NCBI RefSeq assembly: GCF_009914755.1
Contig: NC_060935.1
DNA length: 64,000 nucleotides
Reading direction: 5' to 3' (one strand)
Source: the human T2T-CHM13v2.0 reference genome, Homo sapiens
In this document: positions 1 to 17,378 of the stretch, piece by piece
How positions within the stretch are numbered: the first letter of the stretch is position 1
Layout of the letters: each line of letters opens with the position of its first letter
The notes under the pieces: generated by a model
What the model saw: only the letters and a program-made list of their open reading frames with translations
What the model was told of the DNA's origin: nothing
The model's database searches: none
Position numbers and translations under genes: made by a program

Positions 1-419
1 GAATTTCCATCAACATCCCTAGGAAAACAGCTCAAAACTCAAGCTGTATACATGGTAGAGATCATTCAGGTTTTACTGAGTGTTCTATAGTGACCCAGTT
101 CCAGAGGAAGGCAGTGACCATTGACCTGACAGAGAACTGCCAGAACTCTACTTAAAGGCAGCCAAGCAGGCAGAAATACTTCCAGTGGTAATTTCACTAC
201 TCCTGGAGTACTAATACAAAACTGGGAACCCAAGGCTACATCAAGATCCCAAGGGAAAATGGTGCTAAATATGCTATAGATCTCAGTTTGAGTGACACTC
301 ACTACCAATCCTTGTTCTTATTAAGGGTGGACAAATAAGGATTCATGCATTCTCTCTTTCCTTCCTCTGAACACCTAGAGCATTCCTAGTCTTGGGAGAT
401 TTAAGTACACAGAGATTAA

Positions 420-605
420 GAGTTTGGTTAGGAGTCACCCAAACCTGGGCTTGAATTCTAGATCTGACTGTAAATGACTTGGGAACAATAGTAGCACGTA
501 CGTTTCCTAGGGTTACTGTAAGAATTAACTAAGGTAATATATCTCAAAAGCACAGTAAAGTACCTGGCATGAATAAGTGCTCAACAAATTTGTGCAATTA
601 TTATT
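420..605 (+). mobile_element. MIR SINE fragment
   Basis: aaacctgggcttgaattct...gtacctggcatgaataagtgctcaacaaat...ttattatt matches MIR consensus features. Confidence 0.7.
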
Positions 606-736
606 GGCCTTTTCTCCTGCATTACACGTTTTAATGTTTCTTTTCTCACTGGATACCAGGTTTTGTAAAAGGTACTTTTACACATTTATTTCATTGAATC
701 CTATGAGCTAAGTGTTATTATTTCCATTTAACAGTT

Positions 737-766
737 TGTGTGTGTGTGTGTGTGTGTGTTTGTGTG
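737..766. repeat. (TG)n microsatellite
   Basis: Direct reading. Confidence 0.95.
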
Positions 767-794
767 TTTTCTCTCTTTGACAAAACTGTAAATT

Positions 795-965
795 AGTGTT
801 TTCCAAACTATGCTAAAGAGAAAAACAAATTAGTTTATTTACTGCAGTACCTCTCAGAGTCATTGGTATGCTAAGGAGTATTGCTAATTTCCAGAAAAGA
901 GTATTCCTTAACATAGTTCATGACCCAAACAGTTGTTATTCTCAGAATACAGCATGGGAAAATGT
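795..965. mobile_element. Probable hAT-Charlie DNA transposon remnant
   Basis: tagtgttttccaaact start and tttactgcagtacctctcagagtc...tatgctaa core resemble Charlie-type MERs; a similar remnant lies at ~7540-7825. Confidence 0.4.
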
Positions 966-1104
966 GCAATAAAGATTCACTGAATGAATGGATCCAGTTT
1001 CATGCTTTTTTTTGCATGCCCCCAGTGCGTAGCATGCTTGGGGTACAGACAAAATGTTTCATAAATTCCAGTTGCTTGATTTATACGTTAAATTACCTAT
1101 ATCT

Positions 1105-1436
<332 letters not shown>

Positions 1437-1519
1437 TCAGTGGGCCAAGATGGGGAGATGCTATCTCTTTACCTGAAAGTGAGCCCACAGTTTTAAATGT
1501 CCACAAATTAAGAATGTTT

Positions 1520-2450
<931 letters not shown>

Positions 2451-3808
2451 AGGGAGACTCTCCCTTGAAATGGTCTACAGCTTATTTTACTTCTTAAGAC
2501 AACAAAACTAATACATGCTATTTAAGCACTTTTTACAAAATGGCATGGAATGTGCTAGTGTAACCTCCTAAGATGACTGCTGTTCACAGTTCCCTCAAAT
2601 TCCTTTTCCTGGCATTGCTCAACCTTATCTTGTATCCAAGTGGTTTCCAAACCCTTACCTGCCCTGGGGACAATTATTTCTACTTCCACTTTTGCAACAT
2701 TTATCATGTAGTACCTTATATCAGAGTTCCTTCTCTGTCTTATCTTCTTAGGATTGTAAGTTCCATACAATAAAAATCCATGCTTTACTTGTATCTACCA
2801 CAGTGCCTGTTAAAATGCCTGGCAGGAATGCCATAAAGAATGTTTAACACATAAATGAATCTATGCTTAGGTAATAGTTTCAAGTCTGTAAGTCCTTCAG
2901 AGACTGTGAGCTCCTTGAAGACAGGGATTGTGCATACCTAATCTTGTACTAGACTTGACGCACTGTAAATGCTCAAAAATTTTTGAATAAATGGATTCCA
3001 GCAGATTCTGATTAATTTTGTTTTGGATGGTGCATGGCAGAGGAATTGACTCTTGGGGTGAAAGTTGTGGTCTGGTGAGAGAGCACATGGAAGAGGAGAG
3101 TGTACCCTGGGTCGCGTCTGGGAAAACCTAGTGACAGAGGGTAAATGTGAAACCTTCCAGGTTGCATTGGCTGGGTTTCATCTCTCATCACGAGATTTTT
3201 TTCAGAGAGCTCTTGGAAGGGAGATATTCCATTTGGATCCAGTTGGAATTACTAACAGAGGATGGGCTGCAACACGGCAGGTTTCCAATTGTGTTTCTTA
3301 GGCTTGAAACTCTTCCCAGAAGCAAAGATGATGAAGGCTTCATTTGTTAGGCATGAAAATAGAAAACACTTTACAAAGGGTTTTAAGGAAAATCTTTTCT
3401 TTCCTATTATTTTTATCCCCCACTCCCTATTGTTGGCCAATCCTCAAATTTTAAACTCTTTGGGGAAAGAACAACGTTCCTTATAGCTCTTGTTACTAAA
3501 CTAAACTAAGTGGAAGCATTGAATCTACTTTATTGGATACATTTAATGAGGTTTTAGTTGTAATAATTATGGTTAAATAGTTCAACATCTAAAACATTGT
3601 AGTACTTTAGGTGGCCTGAGGGGAATGCGTCTCATAAAGATATATAATAACATAATGATCACTCATAAAGTCTGGGTTTTATACTGTTTGTATCTAATGA
3701 CTAACAACCAATCCAGGAAGCACAGAATATGACCCCCATCTCCCTGTCCTTTCATTGCTTCTAAAACAGCACAGTCAGCCAGCTAGGGCAGTTGGTCAAA
3801 TACTTTGA

Positions 3809-3809
<1 letters not shown>

Positions 3810-3858
<49 letters not shown>

Positions 3859-3887
3859 TGTGTGTGTGTGTGTGTGTCAGAGAGAGA
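3810..3887. repeat. Compound (GT)n(GA)n(GT)n microsatellite
   Basis: Direct reading. Confidence 0.95.
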
Positions 3888-5239
3888 TTTCTTCTGTTTA
3901 AAAACATTTGTTATTTATGAAACCACATAATTAAAAATAATTCCATCAACTTACTATAAAGCTCCATTTCTAATGCAAAAAAATTTTGTGGAAGTAGCAA
4001 AGTAATAAGAAAAGACTTGAAGCTTTTCAAATTCTGCCCAGAATACCAAAATTATTTTTGATACTTTAATCTTTTTTGATACTTTATTGAGCATTCAAAA
4101 TCATTTAGCATCACGAGAAATCTTAAAAGCATATTCTAAAGGGAAAATACATGGCATCTCTGAGCACTGGACTCAGACTATCCACTATAAATTTGAGGTC
4201 ATATTTTGTCTAGATGGCATTTTTGGGGGTCAGAGTTATTGGTTTGATCATATAGGGCCAGTTAGCTTTTTCTTGGACTCTAATCATTGTAACCATATGG
4301 TTTTCAATATATGCCCTTAGTCACATGGGGAAGCATATGGGAGTGTCCAAGAGGTTTAGTTTAAAAGATTAAAAGGCTTGTCTGCTTTCTGAATTATTTG
4401 AACCCGTCCTCATAGGCAAAGGTCCTGGAATTAAGGACAGACTAATATAATTACTGGGTAATATGGGAAAGCTACCTTGAGGAAGTGGAGGTGGAATTTA
4501 ACTCCCAAAGAAGGAAAAGAATTTGCATAACTACCACAAAGATAAAAGATTAGAATTCTGGAATTGTGTGGTACCCTTTAGAAAGGCAATCAGGGCAAGT
4601 GTGAGATAGGTCAAGAGAGGGTAGACATATCAGTGGCAGGAATGTGGAAAAGAAACCACGCTAGACTGGAAGAAAGCTATGTGAAGCCAACCATAAGTAA
4701 TTCTGATTTTAAAATTTCAAATAGAGTGTCTTTTAAAAAAGTAGTGCGTGTTTTAGGTATGCCCATTATTTTCTCACAGCACCTTCTTTTGGAACAATCT
4801 GCTCTGCCTAGATCAATCAAATTCTTGTTTTTTGAGGATGTGGATTCTACGGAAGATAGGAGACTGGGTCTGTCAGGTGTTAGCTCCTGGCACTGGAAAG
4901 TCATGTAGAGCAAGAAATAGTATCGTGGTAACCCAAAGTCCTGTGCAGGCTGAAATCACTGGGCAACAGTAACTAAGATCTTTGTAGAGGAAACTTCAGA
5001 GAGGAATGAAGCAAGAGATCATGAGATCTCAGAAGGAAGGAAGCACAGAGACAGGGAAGATTACTGCTGTGCTTTCCCATTTTTTGGTATTCTCCCAACA
5101 TTGGGTTCTCTAAGACTCCACTGTATTCTTCCAGGAAATCTTCATATATTCAAAAGAGACTGAGGAGATTTCTGTTCCATGAAATGCAACAGTGCCTCAC
5201 ACACAGAGAGATGAAAGGAAGACAAACAAATTCAAAATC

Positions 5240-5420
5240 AAAAGGCCTCCATTCGAGTCCTAGCTCCATGTGACCGTGGGCAAGTTACATAACCTCTCTG
5301 ATACACGTGCTGGGCATCTGTGAACTAAGGGTTAGGATATAGACTCCTCAGTGAGGCTACAGGGATTAAATGTGAAAATGGTCTGAAACTGTGCCTGTCA
5401 TACAGTGAAACCCTCAAAAA
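5240..5420 (+). mobile_element. MIR fragment
   Basis: ttcgagtcctagctccatgtgaccgtgggcaagttacataacctctctg core. Confidence 0.7.
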
Positions 5421-7989
5421 ACAGAATATAACTGAATAAAATAATGCACAAGTATAGCAATTTTAAAAAACTTTACCACAGTATTATGTTCAATTAAAAC
5501 AGATTTTTGTGGAAAACATAGCTATTCTTTGAGATGCTACACATGTAATTCTATAATAAAGTAGGCACATGACACACAGAAAATCTCTCATCTAATGAGT
5601 GGCTTAACCCCACCGGAATGACACATACAAACGGACATAATCAAAAAGCCGGGGGTAAGATATAGGTATAGGGCCCAAGAAAAAAGATGGTATGTCTCAG
5701 GTTTTAAGTAGGGGTAGAAGGGCACTTTAAGTTCACTCTAGAGAGTTTTATTTCCTCTAACAACTAGGAGAGGTGGATCTTTCATTCATTTTAAACTCTT
5801 TTAGCACTACTCTCTGCAGGAATATGATGGGAAAGAACACATGATCACCATTCCTGACTCAGAGCCCCTGGAACAGGTCTGGTCACCACCACAATCACAG
5901 TTGCAGTGGACGGTGAAAAAGCACTTGGTGTGAAAATAAGATTTTAGGAGCTCACGATAGGATGGCAAATAGGGATACATTGTGATTTGAGGGTTTCACT
6001 TCTTTCTTTCCTACTTGGCCCATGATGAGGGAAACTAGATCTCAAGATTCAAGAATATGTTGAATCCTTATCTATTTAAATTTAGAGATTTAACCAAGAA
6101 GTCCCATTGTAAAAATAACTCCGGGGCTGAGATGTGGCGATCCAAATTCCTGAAAATTGTTAACCCCCAATAATTCTTACTGCCTTGAATTCCCCAGGAA
6201 TGACAGTATATTTCTAATTTCCAGGTGTGCTGCGGCTAACTTAAACAAGATAAAACACCTTTCATGGTATTTAAAAACACCAGTGGGTTTTCTCCCTATA
6301 GTCTCCACTCCCAGCTCAGAGGACTGTAATCCTAAACTTGGAGCACCATCTTAGATAAGTGAAAGCGGAGTAGATAATTTTGAACTGGATCCATCTTGGA
6401 AATTTGATCGGAGTCTGAGAATACCGCCTAGGTTGTTCCTGCACTGCCGTCGGGAGCCAACGCACCTGGGCTCTTGCCAGTACTTGCTTTCTGCCCAGTC
6501 ACCAGATGCATTCTGGGATGTTTCTGCCCACAAGCAAAACTTTGGCTTGTTTTTCTTCACAGCAACTAATGCCTCAGAAAATAAAAAATAAAAAAACAAC
6601 AACAACAAAAAAAACAACTCTGGCTTTGCAGTTTCCCTGCTGCCTTTAAACCTGTAATGCTAAATGACGTGCCCACAATAAAATAAGAATAAGTGCTCTT
6701 TTCTCCTTTTAAAAATCACCAGTGGCTACAAGATCTTTGGCTAAATTGTCCAAAAGTCCAGGTGTTCTCTCTCTTGCTCTTTCTCTGATATATACACATG
6801 CATTTCGAGACAAACACCCTTATACACGGTTGTAAGACAGTTTCAACTTTATTTGACAGCTGTTTGCAAATTTAGCCCTGTTACTGAAGCATGCATTCAC
6901 CAGCTGGCTGGTGACCATGGAAAACTAATAAATACTTAAAGAGGTCTCCAATCAGTGAGCAAAGAAGCTTAGATTGATACTATGACTTCTGAGTTTTGAG
7001 GCAATCACCAGTAACATAGAACAGGCCAATTCAGAGAGGACGTGCAAAGGGGAAGAAACCAAAAACACACAGGTTAGAACCAGCAATTGGCTGGATCTTT
7101 TCTCCCAGAGGGAGCTGTGTTCAAAGGCAATTCACCCACAGAGCCTGGATGTGTCACCAGCCAGGAGCTCTCGCTGGGCATTCTAAGCTTTGTTTCTGTT
7201 TCCTTGACTGCTATTTGTTTATTTCAAGGCTCATAAACTTGCCTCTTGATATTTTAACTCCCAATCCTGACAGTGACAAAATACCCCAAGAGACGGCTTG
7301 GCTAATAAAGATCACTAGATATAGGCTAAAATTAGGCAGGGTGGGGCTGTGAAAATAGGTATTACATTAACGTACTAAAGAGAATGTTGAAAATCCACAT
7401 TCTTGTGCCATAATTAGAATAACATTGTAATATTCTGGCATCTATACTTTACTCGTAAAATATGAAAGCAGGTAAATATTAAGAATTTAATAAATATATA
7501 CTTAATATAAAATGAAGGAATCTGAGGAACATGCTCCACCAAATTGAATTCTATGGAATTTTACTGTCTTGTGCATTAGTAATGTGTGTTCTATGGGAAA
7601 GGAAGGTTGTGGTTAGAAAATAATGTACTAGACATTTTTTTGTTTGCTTGTTTGTTTTACTGTGGGTCTTAGCAACACCTGTATTATATCGACATACACA
7701 TCTTCATCGTTCCTTATACTCATTTAACCACAGAACCATTTTGGTGTATGTGGTGAAACTAGATTTTGCGTAAATCAATTTGGAATGTCTTCTACTGAAC
7801 ACATCTTAGGAAATGTTGATCTAAGGAAAAACGCAAAATAGATAAAAATTATGACTAGATCTTGAATAAATTCAATGTTTTAAACTGGTTCAACTATTCA
7901 ATCGCTTAGAACTTTCTCATCCAAAGCAATGTGCTAGGCACTTAAGCCCTATCTGGAGGAATTCACAGCAAGAGACCCATATACCAAGC

Positions 7990-8360
7990 TTGCTCTTACT
8001 GCATGGTATTTGTATTTGCTGTTTCCTCTAACTGGAATGCTCCTCCTCATGGTCCTTACTTTATCTGGGTCACTTCTCCAGTGTTGCCTATAGAGAAGTC
8101 TTCCCTCATAACTTATCTAAAATAGCACTTCCATCACTCTCTAACTCTCTACCTTGCTTAATTTTTTTCAAAGTACCCAAAATGATTTTATGTATTTCCT
8201 TATATACTTATTGTTCATCTACTCTATTGAAACCTAGCCCTATCAAAGACATAACTGTTTTATTCAACCTTGTATCTTCAGCACTTAGTATAGTATGTGG
8301 CATTTAGTAGGTGCTTAATAATACTTGTCAAATGAATGAATGAATAAATAAATGAATGAA
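7990..8360 (+). mobile_element. L2 3' end
   Basis: ttgctgtttcctctaactggaatgctc...gtggcatttagtaggtgcttaataatacttgtcaaatgaatgaatgaa. Confidence 0.8.
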
Positions 8361-8370
8361 AATAATTCTA

Positions 8371-8657
8371 GGCCAGGCGGAATTACTGGTGGCACACATC
8401 TGTAATCCCAGCACTTTGGCAGGCCAAGTTCACTTGAGCCCAGGAGTTTGAGACCAGCTTAGGCAACATAGTGAGACCCTGTCTACACAAAAATGTTTTT
8501 AAAGAATTAGTCAGGCATGATGATGTATGCCTGTAGTCCCAGCTACTTGGGAGGCTGAAGCAGAAGGATCACTTGAGCCTAGGAGGTTGAGGTTTCAGGG
8601 AGCCATGATTGCACCACTGAACTCCAGCCTCAGTGACAGAGCAAGACCAACTCAGAA
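8371..8657 (+). mobile_element. AluJ with left-arm indels
   Basis: cacttgagcccaggag, ggcaacatagtgagaccc, gccatgattgcacc are AluJ diagnostics. Confidence 0.88.
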
Positions 8658-8840
8658 AAAGAGGAGAGGAGGGGAGAGGAGGAGACAGAGGTGAGAGAAG
8701 AGAGAAGAGAGGGGAGAGAGGAGGAGAGGAGGGGAGGGGAGAGGAGAGAGGAGACAGGAGAGGGGAGGGGGATAAGGGAGAGGGCAGGAGAGGAGACAGG
8801 AGAGGGGAGAGGGGAGGAGGGAAGAGGAGAGGAGGGAACA
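8656..8840. repeat. GA-rich (GGAGA-like) polypurine low-complexity tract
   Basis: About 185 bp almost entirely G/A; source of the spurious ORFs at 8569-8980. Confidence 0.95.
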
Positions 8841-9065
8841 GAAAAGAATTCCATAAAAGTAACATAGGAGGAGCTAGAGGAATTTGGGTTGAGGCTGCTA
8901 AGAAAGGCTTTATGGAGAAGATGACATTTGAGCTTTGCATTGAATATGGGAAGGTTTCTGACATGGCGCAAATAGAATAAATAGTTTAGGATAAGAAAGA
9001 AAGCTTAAAGGCCCAGAAGTAGCCTTGAAAAAGTAACCTTTAGACAGGCAGGAAAAGAGATCATC

Positions 9066-9384
<319 letters not shown>

Positions 9385-9735
9385 TCATCACAACCTGGGG
9401 CTAGCAGCCTATTCGCTGCACTCAGGAATGAGACACTTCCAAAGCAACACAAGTCCTCAAACCGGGGTTCCCTTTAGATGTCTGAGCCTGGCCTATTCTA
9501 TTCATGTTTTCCTGGTTCAATAGTTTGTTCATTCATTATATTATTTATTATGTGCCAGGTACACTTCAAGGTGACAGATAAAGCAGACATAAAAATCCTG
9601 GCATTCATAGAACTTACATCTAATGAGGAAATAATATAATAAATGTCATAATTATAGTACATATTAGAAGATGGCAAGCATTACAGAAAAATAGAGTAAC
9701 AGAGATGAAAAGTGTTGGGGTAAAAATTGCATTTT

Positions 9736-10545
<810 letters not shown>

Positions 10546-10607
10546 GTAAGGGTATGGATTTTCAAGTAGGTTGGTTACAGCAGGGCTCATTAAACAGGTG
10601 ATATTCA

Positions 10608-10966
<359 letters not shown>

Positions 10967-11215
10967 AGGTGGTATTCAAGCAAAACTTGAAGAGTCTATG
11001 GAGGTGATCCATGGTCATCTGGAGGAAGTGTGTTCCATTGCGTTTCAGTCAGTAGGAACCTCCATCAGGCAAGAGTGTGCCTGATGTATGAGAAATTGTA
11101 AGGAAGCCAAACTAGCTGGAGTGAGTGATTTTTTTTTTTTTCTGAAATGCCTATTAAATCTGTCCTTTCTCCCAGTTTCCATTGTCTGCCTGGATCTAGC
11201 CCTTCTCTTTTTTCT

Positions 11216-11817
<602 letters not shown>

Positions 11818-12141
11818 GCCTTCTCTTTTTTCTCAGGGACTACTGCAGTAACCTCCCGTGGTCTTCCCCACTGAGGTCAGAGCCACCCTTCTCAAACCCA
11901 TACGTAACCATGTCACACTTTTATTTAAAATCCCAATTTAGCTCCCTACCGTATAAAGTCTAAAGCCTTTAGCCTGAAAACCAAAGTCCTTCACCATTGG
12001 CTCCCATCCTACCTTTTCGTCTTTAAGCCAGGCCTGTTCCCCATGAAGCCTTTTCTCCATCTTCCTTATTTACCTAATGTCACAAAGCTCAATGAAGTCC
12101 CTGTTAAGATGATGCTTGTTACCAACCAATCGTTAACGTTC

Positions 12142-12440
12142 TTTTTTTTTTTTTTTTTTTGCGACGGAGTCTAGCTCTGTCACCCAGGCTGGAGTGCAGT
12201 GGTGCCACCTCTGCTCACTGCGTCCTCCAACTTCTGGGTTCAAGCAATTCTCCTGCTTCAGCCTCCTGAGTAGCTAGGACTACAGGCATGTACCACCACA
12301 CCCGGCTAATTTTTTGTATTTTTAGTAGAGATGGGGTTTCACCATGTTGGCCAGGCTGATCTCAAACTCCTGGCCTCAAGTGATCTTCCCGCCTTAGCCT
12401 CCCAAAGTGCTGGGATTACAGGCATGAGCCACCACCCGGC
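12142..12440 (-). mobile_element. AluSx-type
   Basis: TSD AATCGTTAACGTTC (12128-12141) / AATCCTTAACATTC (12442-12455). Confidence 0.92.
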
Positions 12441-15400
12441 GAATCCTTAACATTCTCTTGTCTGGGTACCACCTTTAATTTAGTACTGGGTTCTCCAGGG
12501 AACACACAAAGAACACCATCTTTATCTTAGATCAGCTAAATTATTACTTTACTTTTATATCAACGGAAGGAAGGACCAACAGCTAATACTGATATCATTT
12601 TACAAACAGGAACACAAAAGATCAGACACATTAGCTAATGGATTTGGGTTCTAACTAGCAAAATTTGCTTCCTGTCCCAGAATCAGCACTATGACTAGAG
12701 AGTACAGACAGGGAGGTCCAGGCAGAAGGTCCAATCCCCCTGTCCAGGAACAGAAAAGTACTTCAAAAGAAGGAACAACATAAAGAAGCCTTATAAAAGT
12801 TCTCAAATGGAAATGAGAAAAAAACTCTGCCATCTGGGCTACAGAGAAAGAGCTACAAGGGCTGCCAAATATACTTTAATGGTCACTGGTGGAAACCTGG
12901 TCTCCCCATATAAAGGGAAAGGATTCTGGAACTTATGCTGCACACAGATGGTAAAGTAATTTGCATTTAATATAAAAATTTTCCCATCAGAGGAAGACCA
13001 GAATCGATGAGAAATCCCTGTTCATTTCCTCTGGTTAAAACAACAACAAAAACTAAATGGATGATAGAATGTCTGGTTGAATAATTCAACTATAACAAAA
13101 TATTTTTTGGGCAGGCAATTATTCTGCATGAAGCACTGCACTAAGCAATAATGGTGCCACAGAGGTGACTATGGGGCAGTGTTTTCTTTCTAGGAACTTT
13201 CAGTTGAAAGGATTAGAAAAACACACAGTAACTATCCTACTAAGAAGAAAATAAGAATGCCTTCCAACAGAGGCATTCAAAGAAAGGGTTCCCTAAGTGC
13301 TGGTGGTAACTCTGGTAGTAACTTCCATAATGGACTTAAAATAAGTAGATGAAGGTAATCATCTATGTCAATCAGGTGAGTAATGGCCCAGGGCCTATGG
13401 CCCATGGAGACAAAGGCAGGTGTGGAGTACACAAAGCCAGAGGGAAATCCTGGAAATCACACCTTGTATGAAGGTTACAAGCTAAGGTAGGAATCCAAGA
13501 CTGTGTTGCTAACCAAGGGACTGGATAAACAATGGGAACCAAGCTGTGGAACAAGAACAGGGCCCGAAAATTCTTGGGTCTCAGAAGTGCTGGGGTATCT
13601 GGCTGGGCAAGAGGGAGGCATGCCTGGAAGGGTTTTGGTGGTGGACTCTAGGTGCCAGCAGCAGTTTTTCACATGGTTGCATGGATGCCTTAAGTATTTT
13701 GTAGAATATAGGACAGAACACACACAACCTATTTGTCATGACATGTAGGGTGGTGGTAAAGGTTCTCTGCTCCCAGTTTTTCCCTTCCCTGCCTACTGCA
13801 CAAATTCAACCATTCTTTGGGTATAAAATTCCCCCCATTCTCTCCCTTCCTCTCCTTTCATATGGTTATTGAGTATATATTATGTCCCAGGCATTGTGCT
13901 AGGCTTAAGAATTCCTATTAAAACACAAATACCCTAGGAGAAACCTTAATCTTGGCATAGAGGGAGTGCTCAATAATTATATTTGGAATGAATGCATGAG
14001 GCCATGATCAGCTAGCATCTTAGAAAGGATTGTGACTGCAAGCCAGGAAAGAGCAACCATGCAGGTAGCTGGGATGATATACAAGCATTAGCTGCTGAAG
14101 TGAATCAAGAGAAAAAGAGGTCCATTGGCAAGTTTTTCTGACTGTACAATTTTGTTCAGAGATGAATCTGTCTCACCTATTTGGAAATGAAAGTTGTTGA
14201 CGAAAAACTAAGTCATTCAACTCCTTGAAGATGAGGTATTTTTGTCTTCATCCATTGTAATGAAAGGGCTCTTGTTCCAGATAAAAGTATCAGGATGACT
14301 TTCGTGAATCAGGATATGCCTGCACTTAGTGTGAGTCTCTTGATCATGCACACTCTTAGGACAGGACCACTGCAGATACACTCATGGAGGTTTTGCCTAC
14401 ACAAGAGCACTTGGTTGAAAAAGCAAGTTAAGACTGAAATATATCCATCCTGCACTTCACCAAGCCTTGCACCCAGGGTGGGTGGGTGGAGATGGGGGTG
14501 GTGGTGGTGGACAGGCCCTAAGGAAGAGCAGCCTTTTTCTAATTTGCTCAAAGGTTTTCCTGTATCTGGTGATTTAGGTCATATGGATGTCCCTGGTCAC
14601 CCGTACTGAGCAAAGTCATTTTTGTTCATCAAGTTCTATATTAACTGTTGGAGCTAGAACAAAAAGCCATTCTTTATCTGCTGTGAGAGAGTATGGTGCC
14701 TGCATATTATGGAATGAGAAAAGAACTGAGGCTAAGAAGACCTGGGTGAATCCTAGTCCTGCCACTTCCTTTTTGTGTGGCAGAGGGGAGTTCACCTCTC
14801 AGCCTCAGTTTCCTCATCTGTGAGATTAATGTTACAGATTTGGGAATGTCTGAGATCTCCCCAAACCTCAGATGTCTATGATTCTCTCCTAATGCCATCA
14901 AAGATTAAGTCCTTTACCCCTTCAATAGTCCTTTCTTGCCATTCAAAACCAGTTTCAACAAAACAAAACAACAATCAGAAAGAAAAATTGGTGTGTATAG
15001 AAAGTAACGTTTGGGCTGAACCAAAATTCTTTGGTTCAATTTAATTCTTAATTTAAGAACAGGTCACAGAGAAAACAATTCACCAAATAAAAGGAATATT
15101 TTGTCACTCAGATAACTGAGTTAAACAGAGAATACCCTCCAAGTGGATGAAACTTCCTTGTAGAGCCTAGAAGATAAATCGAGACAAACTGGTGACCTCA
15201 GGAAACATTTGATTGCCAAAGTGATGTAATAATGGGATTTTTTTTCCCTCGTAACCTTTTGCTGCCCCTCTTTATTTTTCTCCCAGTCAGCACACTTCTG
15301 TTTTTTTTTTTTTTTTTCCCCCATTCCTGTTATTGTTTTTGGTTTTGCCCTTGGCCTTCTGTTTTGTTAGGTCTTATTTCTGAACGAAAGGCTGCTAACC

Positions 15401-16744
15401 CACAGAATTTACTTTTGAAAGAAGTGAACGATTTCTTTCTCCTTCTCCTTCACTTGCCTCCTGCCATGCCAGCAGGCAGCGCTGCTTGGTAAGAGAAACT
15501 GGCAGGAGTATGCGTCTGAGTTGGGGGAGGAGGAGAGAGGGGAGCAGGCAGGGGGCAGGAGGGAGGATTCTGACCAGCGCAGGTGAGGTAGAAGCAGAGC
15601 TAATGAGAAGCATATGCCGCCAACCATTTTAAAGGCAGGCTCGAGCCAAGAGACGTGATGAATTGCAAGAATGTGTTGTGTTCATAGCCGGGGAGCTGGC
15701 AGAAATAGCCCAGCTAAAGGACTAGGATGGAAGGGTTTTTTTTGTTGTTGGTTTTTTTTTTCTTTTAAGAACTCAGGCTTAAAAATACATTTCTCTTTGT
15801 CAGCAAAATGTTCTAGTTTCAAAACTATGAATGGTAGACTACCTCTGTCAGACTAATGCTTTTCTTTTTACCTCAGATACTGTAAGATACGAGTTACCTT
15901 CAAATTAAAGGTAATACCTATACCAAATAGACTTAGATGATAGCAGCTCTGAGCAACTTGGGACATTCTGAATACACAGGACAATTCTAGCCCCTGGATT
16001 TGAACAGGTGAACTCTGCTTACATCAGAAGGCCCTGAGGAGGACAGGTAGAAACAGAGCAAAGGCCCAGGAAGATTTTTTCCTTCCTTTCCTTCTCTTTC
16101 CACCCTCTCTCCTTCTCTCTCTCCCTTCCTTCCTCCCCAAATTATTTGTAAAGTATCTTCTAAGTGTCAGAGTCTGTTTAGGAAAAGATATGGTGGAGAA
16201 ATGGAATCTAGGTATCACCTCCAAAACCTGTGCCCTCCAGATCACCCAGGAAGTTGACAGAGGCTTTCCTTCAGAGGCCTACACTAAAGCTCTCTCAAAA
16301 TGTTTAGTTGGCAGAATCATAGTCCCTACTTTCCAACAATAAGTTTGTTAGAATTGACTCTTGAGTAAGAGCTTAGCCCAAGACTAGATCAGGACCTTAC
16401 AATGAGAAGACTGTATTTTTAAGTTGAGGCTATCAATAAATAGACAGAAACAAAATTTTGCCTTTGGTACCTTCTATCTTCTTTTTACATGTCTAAGTTT
16501 GCTTGTGTTGTTCCTGGCCACTCAGTTTCCAACTGACAGGAGTATAGTGTCCACATAGATGTTGTTTACTCCTGCTTCCCCTAGTGCCTGGCATAGGGCT
16601 GGCACTTAATAGCTAATTAAATAGTTGTTCAATGAATAAATGAGTGCTTTCCCTTCAAATGCCCCTATTCTAAATTTCCTTTCACTTTCTTGTTGCTCAA
16701 CTAACTCACCTCCCAACCCAAACTCCAAGCAGTTTTATCTCAAA

Positions 16745-16935
16745 TCCTTGTTCTGTCATTTTATAATAAAAAACCTTGGGCAAATTACTGAATTCTCTAA
16801 GCTTCAGTATCCTCTTCTTTAAGTGGGGTTAATAAAATTTACTTTACAGGTATGCTTTGAGGATTCATTGGAAATTTATATACAGAAAACTTAAATAAAA
16901 TGCCTTGTCCATCTCTTGGCATGTAGTAAGCATCC
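16745..16935 (+). mobile_element. MIR fragment
   Basis: accttgggcaaattactgaattctctaagcttcagtatcctc core. Confidence 0.65.
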
Positions 16936-17027
16936 AAAAGAGACTGATTACCTCTTTCTTCTTTTCACCCCTTCTGATAATCTCCATCAAGTATTAGAAA
17001 AAAAATGTAGTTAAAACTAGGCTTGTT

Positions 17028-17378
<351 letters not shown>

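Noticed and set aside
8569-8980. Three 113-131 aa low-complexity ORFs
   Set aside because: Products of the stop-poor GA-rich tract and adjacent Alu.
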